This document shows positions 1-9,597 of a stretch of DNA of 58,579 nucleotides, piece by piece. Origin of the DNA: Anaerolineales bacterium (GTDB lineage: Bacteria; Chloroflexota; Anaerolineae; Anaerolineales; UBA6663); the NCBI GenBank assembly GCA_035291605.1, contig DATDRS010000172.1:1-58579 (forward strand). The letters are read 5' to 3'. Below the pieces are notes generated by a model that made no database searches, was not told the origin of the DNA, and saw only the letters and a program-made list of their open reading frames with translations. Position 1 is the stretch's first letter; each line of letters starts with the position of its first letter. Both the position numbers and the translations under genes were made by a program.

Positions 1-119
1 ATTGATTGGCAGACGATACTCAAGTTCTCCAGCGCTCAGGCTGTGCCCATCCTGGGTTTACTAGGGACTAGCGAGTCGGTCGTCAAACTGGTGGAGTCTC
101 TCGTGGCGTCAACCGCAAG

Positions 120-938
120 ATGATAGAACTCCGCGATTCAATGCCGATGACAGAGTCAACGCCCCCGTTTCCGTGGCCGCCGAGACTCTCGGCCATCATC
201 GCCGTGCTCGGGTTAATCGTTTGGCCGGGAAGCAGGATGCAGGCGAACGCCGCGAACGGAATGACAAGCGAGAAGACGCTGCCCCTCAGCACAACGGTAA
301 TCCTCTATGACGGCTCACTGGGCGGCCTGCCCAACACACAGGGGATGCTTTACCAGACTTCCTCACTCGAAGTAACGGAGAGTTTCGCCAATGGCGCGAC
401 CACACTCGACACGACTGCCCAGCGGAGCGACCACGCGGGTTACTTCCCTGTTCTGGCGCCTACCCTCGACCGCGCGGTCGGCTACCTGGTCAATTTCACT
501 GCGCAGGTCATTACCGAGACCCACGTGAGCAATGACCGCGCCGGTTTCAGCCTCATCGTCCTCAGCAGCGACAAGCAAGGCATCGAGTTGGGGTTTTGGA
601 CCGACGAGATCTGGGCGCAGGAGGATGGGACGGCCGAGCCGCCCTCTGGCACACTGTTCACCCACGCCGAGGGGGCCGTGTTTGATACGGCAACCGGCCT
701 GATTACTTACACGTTGACCGTGCTGGGGGATACCTACACGCTCTCGGCGGCCAGTTTGCCGATTTTGAGCGGCCCGCTCCGCGATTACACTCCTTTTACC
801 GGCCCGATTGACCCCTACGAGATCCCGAACTTCATTTTCCTCGGTGACGACACCTCCTCCGCCAGGGCGGCGATCAGACTGTCGTTCGTCTCCGTCGCGA
901 CGATGAACAGGGTGTACCTGCCGCTGATCCAGAGATGA
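120..938 (+). CDS. hypothetical exported or membrane-anchored protein
   Basis: 272-aa ORF with an N-terminal hydrophobic segment (RLSAIIAVLGLIVWPG). No catalytic motif recognised. Its stop overlaps the next start (ATGA at 935-938). Confidence 0.45.
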   Translation: MIELRDSMPMTESTPPFPWPPRLSAIIAVLGLIVWPGSRMQANAANGMTSEKTLPLSTTVILYDGSLGGLPNTQGMLYQTSSLEVTESFANGATTLDTTAQRSDHAGYFPVLAPTLDRAVGYLVNFTAQVITETHVSNDRAGFSLIVLSSDKQGIELGFWTDEIWAQEDGTAEPPSGTLFTHAEGAVFDTATGLITYTLTVLGDTYTLSAASLPILSGPLRDYTPFTGPIDPYEIPNFIFLGDDTSSARAAIRLSFVSVATMNRVYLPLIQR

Positions 939-1579
939 AAAAAGCCAAGTTACCTACCGAATCTTTCAACCAACAAGAACTCAAAGTGCTGTCGCGGCTC
1001 GACAGCCCGGCCCGGATTCAAGCCTTCCTGGACACGTTGACCTACAGCGACGAGGAGCGCTATCGCTGTCCCCGAACGGTTTTGCACGACCGCAAGGCGC
1101 ACTGCTTCGACGGGGCGATCTTCGCGGCGGCGGTTTTGCGGAATCTGGGCTGCCCGCCGCTCATCCTGGATCTGCTGCCCGACGACCGAGACGACGATCA
1201 CCTGCTGGCGCTGTACAAGGCGCACGGCTGCTGGGGCGCGGTGGCGAAGTCCAACTTCGCCGGGCTGCGTTTTCGCGAGCCGGTGTACCGCGCTCTGCGG
1301 GAACTCGTGATGTCCTACTTCGAGGTCTACTATAATGTCGCGCGCGAGAAAACGCTGCGCGCCTATACGGTCCCCCTGAACCTGGCTGCCTTCGACCATC
1401 TCAACTGGATGACCAGGGACGAGCCATTGGATGCCATCGCGCTTCGGCTGGACGAGATCCGCAAATACTCCGTCGTCACCAAACAGATGGCCGCCGGGCT
1501 GTCCCCGGTAGACGAGCGATCGTACCGGGCCGGGTTGGCCGGCGCCAACCCAAAGGGCCTGTATCGCCCGCCGAAGTAG
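935..1579 (+). CDS. transglutaminase-like (papain-fold) domain protein
   Basis: 214 aa. The Cys-containing core 'RKAHCFDGAIFAAAVLRNLGCP' followed by 'DDHLLALY' resembles the Cys-His-Asp transglutaminase-like fold. Assignment is by eye only. Confidence 0.5.
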   Translation: MKKAKLPTESFNQQELKVLSRLDSPARIQAFLDTLTYSDEERYRCPRTVLHDRKAHCFDGAIFAAAVLRNLGCPPLILDLLPDDRDDDHLLALYKAHGCWGAVAKSNFAGLRFREPVYRALRELVMSYFEVYYNVAREKTLRAYTVPLNLAAFDHLNWMTRDEPLDAIALRLDEIRKYSVVTKQMAAGLSPVDERSYRAGLAGANPKGLYRPPK

Positions 1580-1655
1580 GTCATGTGTTTAGCGTGATAC
1601 CCTTTGTGCTGCCGCCAGCGTCACGCGACAGGCTTAACTTACGATTGCTGATTAC

Positions 1656-2720
1656 ATGGAGGCCATCATGCGTCTCGCGAACATGATTCAAGCGGTGGAT
1701 GCGCACGCCTGCGGCGAGCACGGACGCGTGATCGTGGGCGGGGTGCTGGACGTCCCCGGCGACACGATGTTCGACAAGATGACCTACCTGCGAACGCGCG
1801 CCGACGGCTTGCGCCGGCGGATGCTGCGCGAGCCGCGCGGCTACCCGGCGGCGAACTGCAATCTCATCCTCGCCCCTACCCGGCCCGAAGCTGACGCCGG
1901 CTTCGTCATCATGGAGCAGGTGGAATATCCGGGCATGTCCGGCACGAACACCATCTGCGTCGCCACCGTCCTGCTCGAAACCGGCATGGTGCCGATGCAA
2001 GAGCCGGTCACCGAGCTGACGCTCGAAGCGCCCGCGGGGTTGATCCGCGTGCGCGCCGAGTGCGCCAACGGCAAGGTCAACAGCGTCACCTTCCAGAACG
2101 TCCCCGCCTTCGCCGCCTACCTGGACAGGAAAATCGAGGTCCCACACCTCGGCGCGGTGACGGTGGACGTGGCCTACGGCGGCATGTTCTACGTCATCGC
2201 CGAGGCCGCGCCTTTCGGCCTGCGCCTGACGCCTGACGAGGGGCGCGACATCGTGCGCATCAGCGAGATGATCAAAGCCGCGGCGCAGGAACAACTGCCG
2301 GTGGTTCACCCTGAGCAGCCCGGTTTTGCGGGCGTGACGATCGCCGAGCTATCCGGTCCTGCCTCACGCCCCGACGCGCACCTGAAGAACGCCGTGACCG
2401 TCTCGACCGGCAAACTCGACTGGGATCGTCCCGCTACGTGGACCGGCGCGATTGACCGCTCGCCGTGCGGCACCGGCACGTGCGCCAAAATGGCGGCGCT
2501 CTACGCGAAGGGCCGACTCAAATTGAATGAGGACTTCCGGCACGAAGGCATCCTGGGGACGGTGTTCACCGGGAGGCTGATCGGCGAAACGAAGGTGGGC
2601 CAGTACCCGGCGGTGATCCCCACCCTCGCCGGGCAGGCGTGGATTACCGGCTTCAGCAGTTACGTGGTTGACCCGGACGACCCATTCCCGGAGGGATTCA
2701 CCGTGGGTGATATCTGGTGA
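1656..2720 (+). CDS. proline racemase superfamily enzyme (4-hydroxyproline epimerase / 3-hydroxyproline dehydratase-like)
   Basis: 354 aa. Contains 'DAHACGEHGRVIVGG', a first catalytic loop 'EYPGMSGTNTICV' (Ser where ProR/4HypE carry Cys) and a second loop 'DRSPCGTGTCAKMAAL'. The true start could be the Met at 1668. Confidence 0.85.
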   Translation: MEAIMRLANMIQAVDAHACGEHGRVIVGGVLDVPGDTMFDKMTYLRTRADGLRRRMLREPRGYPAANCNLILAPTRPEADAGFVIMEQVEYPGMSGTNTICVATVLLETGMVPMQEPVTELTLEAPAGLIRVRAECANGKVNSVTFQNVPAFAAYLDRKIEVPHLGAVTVDVAYGGMFYVIAEAAPFGLRLTPDEGRDIVRISEMIKAAAQEQLPVVHPEQPGFAGVTIAELSGPASRPDAHLKNAVTVSTGKLDWDRPATWTGAIDRSPCGTGTCAKMAALYAKGRLKLNEDFRHEGILGTVFTGRLIGETKVGQYPAVIPTLAGQAWITGFSSYVVDPDDPFPEGFTVGDIW

Positions 2721-2729
2721 TGGCGTTGA

Positions 2730-3470
2730 CTACTTCAACCCCCACCAGGCCCAGGCAGCCATCAGCGCCGCCTCCAGGATCGCGCCGCCGCCGACGAAGA
2801 CAAATGCATCCTGCCAGAACTTCACTGGAAACAGGCGGATGAGCGAGTCCGACCACAGGAACAGCCACGTGTCGCCCTCGAAGAAGACCTGGTGAAACTG
2901 CGTGAAGAAGGTGTTGAAGTTGATCAGCAGATAGGCGACGATGGCGACGAGGACGAAGACCGTGATGCCTGATCCGTTGAGCAGGCCCGCCCGCAGGGCC
3001 GTTTTCTCCCCGGCGTAATACAGCGCCCCGACCGACAGCGCAGCCAGCGCCGCCGCGATCACCCAGACCCACATCACGGCGCCGACGAGAATCTGCACGT
3101 CCACCATGTGCTTGATCTCGCGGTCGTTGTAAAAGTAGGCGCAGTCGCGCGGCGGCAGATAATAGGCGCACGACTCCGCCGGCGCCTGGGTATCCGGCGC
3201 GGAGATGCCGTCGTCGCCAAATCTCCACTCTCTGATCTCTCCCGCACCCGGCCGGCTCAAAATGTAGTCCACGGAGCGCTTCGCCCAGAACGACCGCTGC
3301 GCCTTAGTGAAACCGTAAGGGTCGGGCGGGAAGTTGGACATCCCATACTCGATGCCCGGGAAGGTGTGCGTCATCAGCAGGCGCACGTTGGTGAGCGCCA
3401 GCGCGAGGGGGATGCAGACGGCGAGGGCGATGCGCAGCGTGAGGAGGAGAGAAGAGGGCATGGGTTTCAT
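2730..3470 (-). CDS. integral membrane protein, TIGR01906/DUF1461-like
   Basis: 246 aa with several hydrophobic helices and a periplasmic-looking region ('FPGIEYGMSNFPPDPYGFTKAQR'). Its ATG overlaps the stop of the upstream gene (ATGA at 3467-3470). Confidence 0.5.
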   Translation of the reverse strand: MKPMPSSLLLTLRIALAVCIPLALALTNVRLLMTHTFPGIEYGMSNFPPDPYGFTKAQRSFWAKRSVDYILSRPGAGEIREWRFGDDGISAPDTQAPAESCAYYLPPRDCAYFYNDREIKHMVDVQILVGAVMWVWVIAAALAALSVGALYYAGEKTALRAGLLNGSGITVFVLVAIVAYLLINFNTFFTQFHQVFFEGDTWLFLWSDSLIRLFPVKFWQDAFVFVGGGAILEAALMAAWAWWGLK

Positions 3471-5020
3471 TGAGACTCCAAGACTTGATAGATGCTCCCG
3501 CTCAGGATAAAGCGGATCACGATTGAGTTCGTCAACTGCTCCACCGGAGCCACGTCGTCGGTGAAGACGATGTTCGAGGCGGGCGTGGCTTGGAGGTTCT
3601 GTAGAGTGCGGAGGAGGACGCTCTTGAGGAAGAGCGGCGCGTCGGCGCCCAGCCCTGTCAGGTTGTCGTGCAGGTTGCCCGCGCGCGTCGGCTGGACGGT
3701 GGCAAAGACGACGCTGTTGAACGTGTCGGGCACGTCCACCACGTACACGGAGGGGAAGACGCTTTGCAGCGTGCCGACCATCGCCTCAATCAAACGGCGG
3801 TCGCTGAAGGTGCGGCCCACGTTGATGACCAGCGCGCCGTCGTCGGTCAGGTGCGCGCGGGCCTCGGCAAAGAACTCCCTCGTCGTCAGGTGCCAGGGGA
3901 TGTAGGGCAGGCGGTAAGCGTCCACGCCGACGACCGAGTAACGCTTGCCGGAGCGGCTCAGCGCCCAGCGCCCATCCTGCACGACGACGTTCAGGTTCGG
4001 CTCGGTCATGTCGAAATACGCGCGCCCCACGGCGACGATGCCGGGGTCAATCTCAAAGCCGTCAATGGGGATGGCGCCGTAAACCGCGGTGTATTGCTTG
4101 GCAATCGTCCCGGCGGCGAGGCCCACCAATGCCAGGCTGTGCACGTCGCCGGGGGTGTGCGGGGACGGGTTGAAATAGGGTGCGGCGAGGAAGTAGTCCC
4201 ACGTGCCGAAGGTTTCGAGCTGGCGCGGGTGGTACATAGAATGAATGCCCTGTCCCTCGTTGAGCAGGAGGTAGCGCGTCTCGCCGCGCTGGACGACCTG
4301 GATGTAGTTGTACTCGGACTCGGTCTCGTAGAGGAGGCCTTCGACAGGTTTGATCGAGCCGGTCAGGGCGAGGAAAGAGGACAAGACCAGCGCCAGCGGC
4401 ATCCAGAGCGTGAGCAGGGCGCGCCGGGGAGACTCGCGCCACAGGCCGATCAATGCCACCAGCAGCAGCGCGCCCGCGAAAACCAGGAAGGTGCGTGCAG
4501 TGCCGATGGTCGGGATCAGCCACAGGGTCGGCGCGAAAGTCCCGACGATCGAGCCAAGCGTCGAGATCGCGTACATCTGCCCGGAGACGCGCCCGGCCTG
4601 CGCCGAGTCGGAGAGGGCCAGGCGGATGGCGAAGGGCGAGATGCAGCCCAAGAGCGTGACCGGCGCGGCGAACAGGACGAGCACGGCGAAGAACGACCCG
4701 GCCATCACGGCGGCGTCGAAGTTCTCGACGGCTTTGGCGGCAAAACGCAGGACGGGATGGGCGACCGCCGGGACGAGGCCGGCTGTGAACGCGGCCCACG
4801 CGAGGAGCCGGTAGAACGTGCGCAGGGAGGGCGAGCGGTCGGCCCAGCGCCCGCCGAGGAAGTAGCCCGCAGTGAGATAGACGAGCATGAGGCCGATGAT
4901 GTTGGCCCAGACGAGGTTGCTCGTGCCGAAGACGATGCCGAGCAAACGCGAGGCCGAGACTTCGACGGCCAGGGAGGTCATCCCGGCGGTGAAGACGGCG
5001 AGAGAGAGATAGGATTTCAT
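3467..5020 (-). CDS. fused polytopic membrane / spermidine-synthase-like (class I methyltransferase fold) protein
   Basis: 517 aa. The N-terminal ~200 aa are multi-pass membrane. The C-terminal part has 'LALVGLAAGT', 'GFEIDPGIVAVGRAYF' and 'VVGVDAY', typical of the spermidine synthase family. Confidence 0.75.
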   Translation of the reverse strand: MKSYLSLAVFTAGMTSLAVEVSASRLLGIVFGTSNLVWANIIGLMLVYLTAGYFLGGRWADRSPSLRTFYRLLAWAAFTAGLVPAVAHPVLRFAAKAVENFDAAVMAGSFFAVLVLFAAPVTLLGCISPFAIRLALSDSAQAGRVSGQMYAISTLGSIVGTFAPTLWLIPTIGTARTFLVFAGALLLVALIGLWRESPRRALLTLWMPLALVLSSFLALTGSIKPVEGLLYETESEYNYIQVVQRGETRYLLLNEGQGIHSMYHPRQLETFGTWDYFLAAPYFNPSPHTPGDVHSLALVGLAAGTIAKQYTAVYGAIPIDGFEIDPGIVAVGRAYFDMTEPNLNVVVQDGRWALSRSGKRYSVVGVDAYRLPYIPWHLTTREFFAEARAHLTDDGALVINVGRTFSDRRLIEAMVGTLQSVFPSVYVVDVPDTFNSVVFATVQPTRAGNLHDNLTGLGADAPLFLKSVLLRTLQNLQATPASNIVFTDDVAPVEQLTNSIVIRFILSGSIYQVLESQ

Positions 5021-5154
5021 GAATTAGACGAGGAACTCAGAACGAGGCCTGGAAAACTTGCGGGCCGCCCAGAAGGCGAGCGCGGCAAGAGCCAGCTTGG
5101 TGATGGCAAGGCAAGAGTACCGCAGAGGCGGGTCAATTGTGGAAAGCCACCGCC

Positions 5155-6447
5155 TCAACCGGTATCGTAATGCCGCGCCATCCACGAGCCGACGGTGAGG
5201 GCTGAGGCGAGGTCGTCGCCATTGTTCACCTGGTAGGCCGAGATGCCCACTGCCCAGAGCGCGCCCACCAGCTCCGCGTTGTCGTGCACGCCGCCGAAGC
5301 TGGCCGGGTTCAGGACGACCGCCGCCATGCGCAGCCCCCGGCGTTTGAGCGCCTGCGCCGCGATCACCCAGCGCATGTCCCAGGAAGACGTGATCAAAAT
5401 GACTGAGGCGCCACGAGGCATCTGATCGGACTCGATCGCCAGCGCATCGTGAAAGCGCATCTTGCCCCGCGAACGGAAGACGGCCAGCGTTTCGAGCAGC
5501 TTGGTCAATTGGCGCTCGCCGCGATCTGGCTGGGTGACCTCGCGCGATTGGCCGTAAGCCACCAGCCCCACCGAACGGCCGCGCCGGATGAAAAACTGGG
5601 CGAGTGAGGCGGCAATCGTCACGCCATATTCCTCGGTGCTGGGCGGCAGGGTCACGACCCGATCCTGCCAGGCGGTCCACAGGGCCTCGTCGGCGCTCAG
5701 GACAGGCGTGGGCAGCGGCTTCGCGGCCTGCGCCGCCTCGTCGCCGTCGAGGAACAACCAGATGTCTGACAGCGGGTCAAGCTCGAACTCTTTGACGATC
5801 AGCCGGTCCCGCCGGGCGGTGGAGGGCCAGTGAATGCGGTTGAACGAGTCGCCCGGCGCGTAATCGCGCACGCCGGCTGCATTGGCGGTCACGTAGTGGG
5901 TGCGGCGGCGCAGCGCGTCGCCGCCGGAGAGCGTGCCCAACGGCAGCGTGAAATCGCGCAAGTCAACCGTCGCAGGGTAGATGACGACGTGCGTGGTCTG
6001 CGGGATATGGCGGGTGACCTGGAAGAGGCCGAAGGGGTCGCCCGAGGTCAACGCGAGCGGGCCCAGGCGAAAGCGCCCGCGCTGGCGGCAGATGGTGCGG
6101 ACGACCCAGGCGCGCTCGCTGCGCGGCCCCAGCGACATGACGACGAGGCTGGCCTCGTGGCCCGGCAGATTCGAATGGTCGCGCACCTCCAGCCACAGCT
6201 TGGGCATGCGGCTTGTGTTCCGCACCGTCAGGCGCTCTTCGAGCGGGCGGCCCACCTGGGCGCGCAGAGCGCGCGTGTGGCGCAAAAGGCGAATCCCCCG
6301 CAGTCCGGTCCACGTCCAGAGCACCGCCACGACGATCAACGTGAGCCACACGTAAAACAAATTGAAGAACAGGTCACGGCCGGTGACGATGGCGCCGACG
6401 AGGCAGGCGGCGAGGAGCAGAAAGACGATGAGGCGACGGGAAGTCAT
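5155..6447 (-). CDS. DUF58 domain protein (MoxR partner, vWA-like)
   Basis: 430 aa. Two N-terminal TM helices and the DUF58 signature 'YAPGDSFNRIHWPSTARRDRLIVKEFE'. Lies directly downstream of a MoxR ATPase gene. Confidence 0.85.
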   Translation of the reverse strand: MTSRRLIVFLLLAACLVGAIVTGRDLFFNLFYVWLTLIVVAVLWTWTGLRGIRLLRHTRALRAQVGRPLEERLTVRNTSRMPKLWLEVRDHSNLPGHEASLVVMSLGPRSERAWVVRTICRQRGRFRLGPLALTSGDPFGLFQVTRHIPQTTHVVIYPATVDLRDFTLPLGTLSGGDALRRRTHYVTANAAGVRDYAPGDSFNRIHWPSTARRDRLIVKEFELDPLSDIWLFLDGDEAAQAAKPLPTPVLSADEALWTAWQDRVVTLPPSTEEYGVTIAASLAQFFIRRGRSVGLVAYGQSREVTQPDRGERQLTKLLETLAVFRSRGKMRFHDALAIESDQMPRGASVILITSSWDMRWVIAAQALKRRGLRMAAVVLNPASFGGVHDNAELVGALWAVGISAYQVNNGDDLASALTVGSWMARHYDTG

Positions 6448-6522
6448 GGGGCAAATGGCAGCCAGCGGTTGGCTTATGGCCTATGGCGCGGGGCAGACAT
6501 CGGAGGCGCCATCAGCGGAACG

Positions 6523-7590
6523 CTATGCTCTGCGGAGCGCGCTCCCGCCCGGGACGGGCACGCTGGCGAGGATATCCTTGATGACCGAGCGGGCGCTCAC
6601 ATCCTTAATGCGCGCCGCCGGGCCGATGATGATGCGATGGGCCAGCGCGGCCTCGGCCAGCGCTTTGACGTCGTCGGGGATCACGTAATCGCGCCCGTTG
6701 AGGGCCGCGCGGGCCTGCGCGGTCCGGAACAGCGCCAGGCTGCCGCGTGGGCTGGCGCCAAGATATACGTCCGTATGCTTGCGCGTCTGGGCCACGATTT
6801 CGACCAGATAGCTCTTGATCAGCGGGTCCACATAGACCTTACGGACTTCCTGCTGGGCTGCCAGCAAGTCTTCGACCTGAACCACTTTCTCCAGGCGATC
6901 AATCGGGTGCGCAAATTGCTGCCGGTCGAGGACGTTGATCTCCTCAGTCGCCGAGGGATAGCCGAGCGAGAGGCGCAGGAGGAACCGGTCGAGCTGGGCC
7001 TCAGGCAGAGGAAAGGTGCCCTCGTATTCAATCGGGTTCTGCGTGGCGAGCACCATGAAGGGCGCCGGGAGGCGATGCGTCACGCCGTCCACCGTCACCT
7101 GTTTTTCTTCCATCGCCTCGAGCAAAGCCGCCTGCGTCTTGGGCGTGGCGCGGTTGATTTCATCGGCCAGCACAATCTGGGCCATGATGGGGCCGGGGCG
7201 GAATTCGAACTCACGCGTCAGCTGGTTGAAGATGGAGACGCCCGTCACATCGCTGGGCAGCATGTCGGGCGTAAATTGAAGGCGGTTGAACGTGGTGCCG
7301 ATGGACCGCGCCAGCGCCTTGGCCAGCATGGTTTTGCCGACCCCGGGCACGTCTTCGATGAGCAAGTGTCCCTGGCATAACAGGCCCACGACCGTCAACT
7401 GCACTTCGTGAGTTTTGCCGACAATCACCTTCTCGACGTTCACAACCAGGCGGTCGGCAACTGACTTGATGCTCGCCAGCGACATGCTTTCGCTCGCGGT
7501 TTTGCCGTCGGGCGGCGGGTTTTCAGGAAGCGCCTGGGCAACCCTCTCGCTCCCAGACCGACTTCGATCCTTGTTGAGGCTCGTGCTCAT
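6523..7590 (-). CDS. MoxR-family AAA+ ATPase
   Basis: 355 aa. Walker A '[15 protein letters not shown]', Walker B/sensor '[23 protein letters not shown]', and a typical MoxR C-terminal lid. Confidence 0.9.
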   Translation of the reverse strand: MSTSLNKDRSRSGSERVAQALPENPPPDGKTASESMSLASIKSVADRLVVNVEKVIVGKTHEVQLTVVGLLCQGHLLIEDVPGVGKTMLAKALARSIGTTFNRLQFTPDMLPSDVTGVSIFNQLTREFEFRPGPIMAQIVLADEINRATPKTQAALLEAMEEKQVTVDGVTHRLPAPFMVLATQNPIEYEGTFPLPEAQLDRFLLRLSLGYPSATEEINVLDRQQFAHPIDRLEKVVQVEDLLAAQQEVRKVYVDPLIKSYLVEIVAQTRKHTDVYLGASPRGSLALFRTAQARAALNGRDYVIPDDVKALAEAALAHRIIIGPAARIKDVSARSVIKDILASVPVPGGSALRRA

Positions 7591-7671
7591 GCTCTGCTCC
7601 TGTCATGCCTGAAGAATGGGGAAGTGAGTGCTGATCGCACCCGTGTATTACGCCGCGTCATGCCGGTCGGT

Positions 7672-8412
7672 TCAAAACTGAAACCGGGCGCGGCGGTAAT
7701 CGCGCATCCGCCGGTAGGTCAGCCGGGCGACGGTGTACAGGGCCTTGAAAATCTCGGTCTGCGAAATCTTGGAAGCTCCCATCGTCCGGTCGTGAAAAAG
7801 AATCGGCGCCTCGGCCACACGCCAGCCGCGCTGCTCGACCAGGAACAGCATCTCGATCAGGAACGAATAGCCGGACGAGAAGATGCGGTCGAGCGGGATA
7901 GAGTCTAACACAGCCCGGCGATACAGGCGGAAACCCGCCGTGACATCGCCGGCTTTGAGGCCCAACGCCAGATGCGCGACGAGGTTGGCCGTCCGGCTGA
8001 GCAGACGGCGAAGCCAAGGCGAATCCACCGCCCCGCCCCCCGGCGCGTAGCGCGACCCAATGACCAGGTCGGCCGAGGCGCTGCGCGCGAGCATCTCCGG
8101 AATGTAGCGGGGATGGTGCGAGAAATCGGCGTCCATGGTGAGGAGGTAATCGGCGCCCAACGCGAAGGCGCGCCGGAAGCCCGCGAGGTAGGCCGTGCCC
8201 AACCCAAGCTTTCCCGCGCGGTGGATCACCTCCACCCGCCCCGGGTGCTCCGCCGCGAACCGGTCGGCGAGGCCGCCGGTGCCATCCGGGGAATTGTCGT
8301 CCACAATCAGCACGCGAAGATCACACGGCAGAGCCAACAGCTCGGGGATGAGACGAGCGACATTCTCCAGTTCATTATACGTGGGCAGAATGACAAAAAT
8401 GGACAAGGTCAT
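7672..8412 (-). CDS. GT2 polyprenol-phosphate sugar synthase (polyprenol monophosphomannose synthase / CsbB-like)
   Basis: 246 aa. Contains '[11 protein letters not shown]', 'VDDNSPDGT' and the DXD motif 'MDADFSH'. Soluble GT2 of the Ppm1/DPM1 type. Last gene of the co-directional membrane-glycosylation operon. Confidence 0.85.
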   Translation of the reverse strand: MTLSIFVILPTYNELENVARLIPELLALPCDLRVLIVDDNSPDGTGGLADRFAAEHPGRVEVIHRAGKLGLGTAYLAGFRRAFALGADYLLTMDADFSHHPRYIPEMLARSASADLVIGSRYAPGGGAVDSPWLRRLLSRTANLVAHLALGLKAGDVTAGFRLYRRAVLDSIPLDRIFSSGYSFLIEMLFLVEQRGWRVAEAPILFHDRTMGASKISQTEIFKALYTVARLTYRRMRDYRRARFQF

Positions 8413-8432
8413 TATCGCTCAGGGCTGTCTAC

Positions 8433-9572
8433 TCAAGGGATACGCAGATAGAGAGGCAGGTAGGCCAGTCCCGCAAGCCAGAACAGGGAGTACGTCAGCG
8501 CCCGCTTAGATTTGAGGTGGCCGCCGAAGAGAATGGAAGCCAGCACCAACCCGACCGCCAGGCGGGTCATGGCGAGCGGCTCCCGAAAAGTCGAAGACGG
8601 TGTGAACGGAATAAAACCGGCGTGCGCCGCGAGGGCCAGAACGGGCGGTGAAAAGTCGCCCGCCCACAATTGCTTCACTGAAGCCGCGATCCCCCCGAGA
8701 CTGGGCAGCACCGCCAGCGGGACGAGGATCACGGCCAGGATGCCCAGCGCGGCCAGGCTGATCTCGCCGATGCGCCACAACCCCATATAGGGGATCCACT
8801 CGAAGGGCGTGCCAAGGTAGCCGCCGGCGCCGAAGCCAAAACGACCAAACCACTGAAGCAGGAGGAACTGGAAAAGCGCAAAGGGTAGGAGTGAGACCGC
8901 AAAGGGGAGCCACGCTGAGCGCGGGCGGGGGCGCAGCGGCGTAGTGAAAGAGGCGGCTAGGCCGGAAGCCAGATAGGCCGCCAGAAAAACCCCGGCTGTC
9001 TCTTTGGCAAACATGGCTAACCCCAGCCACAGGGCAGACAGCCACAGGCGGTTGCGCTGGTGCGCCAGCGCGGCGCAGGCGACGAGGGTGTAACACAACG
9101 GCTCGTTCAGGTCCAGCCGCACGGCCATCACCAGGCCGGCCCACAGGCCGTAGGAGAGCGCATACCAGCGGCTGACGCCCTGCAAAACCAAGATGCGCTC
9201 CAGGAGAAAGGTCCCGGCGATCTGAGCCGCAAAATTGACCAGGACGAGCGTCCAGGGAACCAGGCCGGGCAGGCCAAAGGCGAACACGCGAGCCAGGAGA
9301 GGGTAGAGGATACGCTGATAACGATAAGCAGGAATATCCAGCTGCGCCGCCACAGAGGCCGGGTCCGGGTCGAGCGCAATGAGATAGGCAAACTGGCCGT
9401 CGTAGCCCAATTTCTCGCCCAGAGGCTGGCCGTCTCGGAAGCCGCCGCCAAGATAGACGAAAACCAACGGATCACCGCCAGCGCGAGCCAGGATGGAGCC
9501 GAGGTAAGCGCCAAGAAACAGGGCGACGATCAGCGTCGGGGTAAACCAGCGAGGGAGAGTCAGCTGAGACAA
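8433..9572 (-). CDS. polytopic membrane protein, GT-C-like (GT87/PIG-V-like by eye)
   Basis: 379 aa and very hydrophobic (10 or more helices). 25-nt gap to the upstream YfhO-like gene and 20-nt gap to the GT2 gene. Confidence 0.45.
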   Translation of the reverse strand: MSQLTLPRWFTPTLIVALFLGAYLGSILARAGGDPLVFVYLGGGFRDGQPLGEKLGYDGQFAYLIALDPDPASVAAQLDIPAYRYQRILYPLLARVFAFGLPGLVPWTLVLVNFAAQIAGTFLLERILVLQGVSRWYALSYGLWAGLVMAVRLDLNEPLCYTLVACAALAHQRNRLWLSALWLGLAMFAKETAGVFLAAYLASGLAASFTTPLRPRPRSAWLPFAVSLLPFALFQFLLLQWFGRFGFGAGGYLGTPFEWIPYMGLWRIGEISLAALGILAVILVPLAVLPSLGGIAASVKQLWAGDFSPPVLALAAHAGFIPFTPSSTFREPLAMTRLAVGLVLASILFGGHLKSKRALTYSLFWLAGLAYLPLYLRIP

Positions 9573-9597
9573 GGAGTATCCGTAACCGGCCGGAGAC

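Noticed and set aside
1-119. A possible partial gene at the left window edge.
   Set aside because: There is no long open frame with recognisable sequence, and 119 nt is too short to judge.
5024-5680. The 218-aa ORF spanning the gap between the SpeE-like and DUF58 genes.
   Set aside because: It overlaps the 3' part of the DUF58 gene on the same strand in another frame, is Arg/Ala/Gly-rich, and has no motif. The true intergenic gap is 5021-5154.
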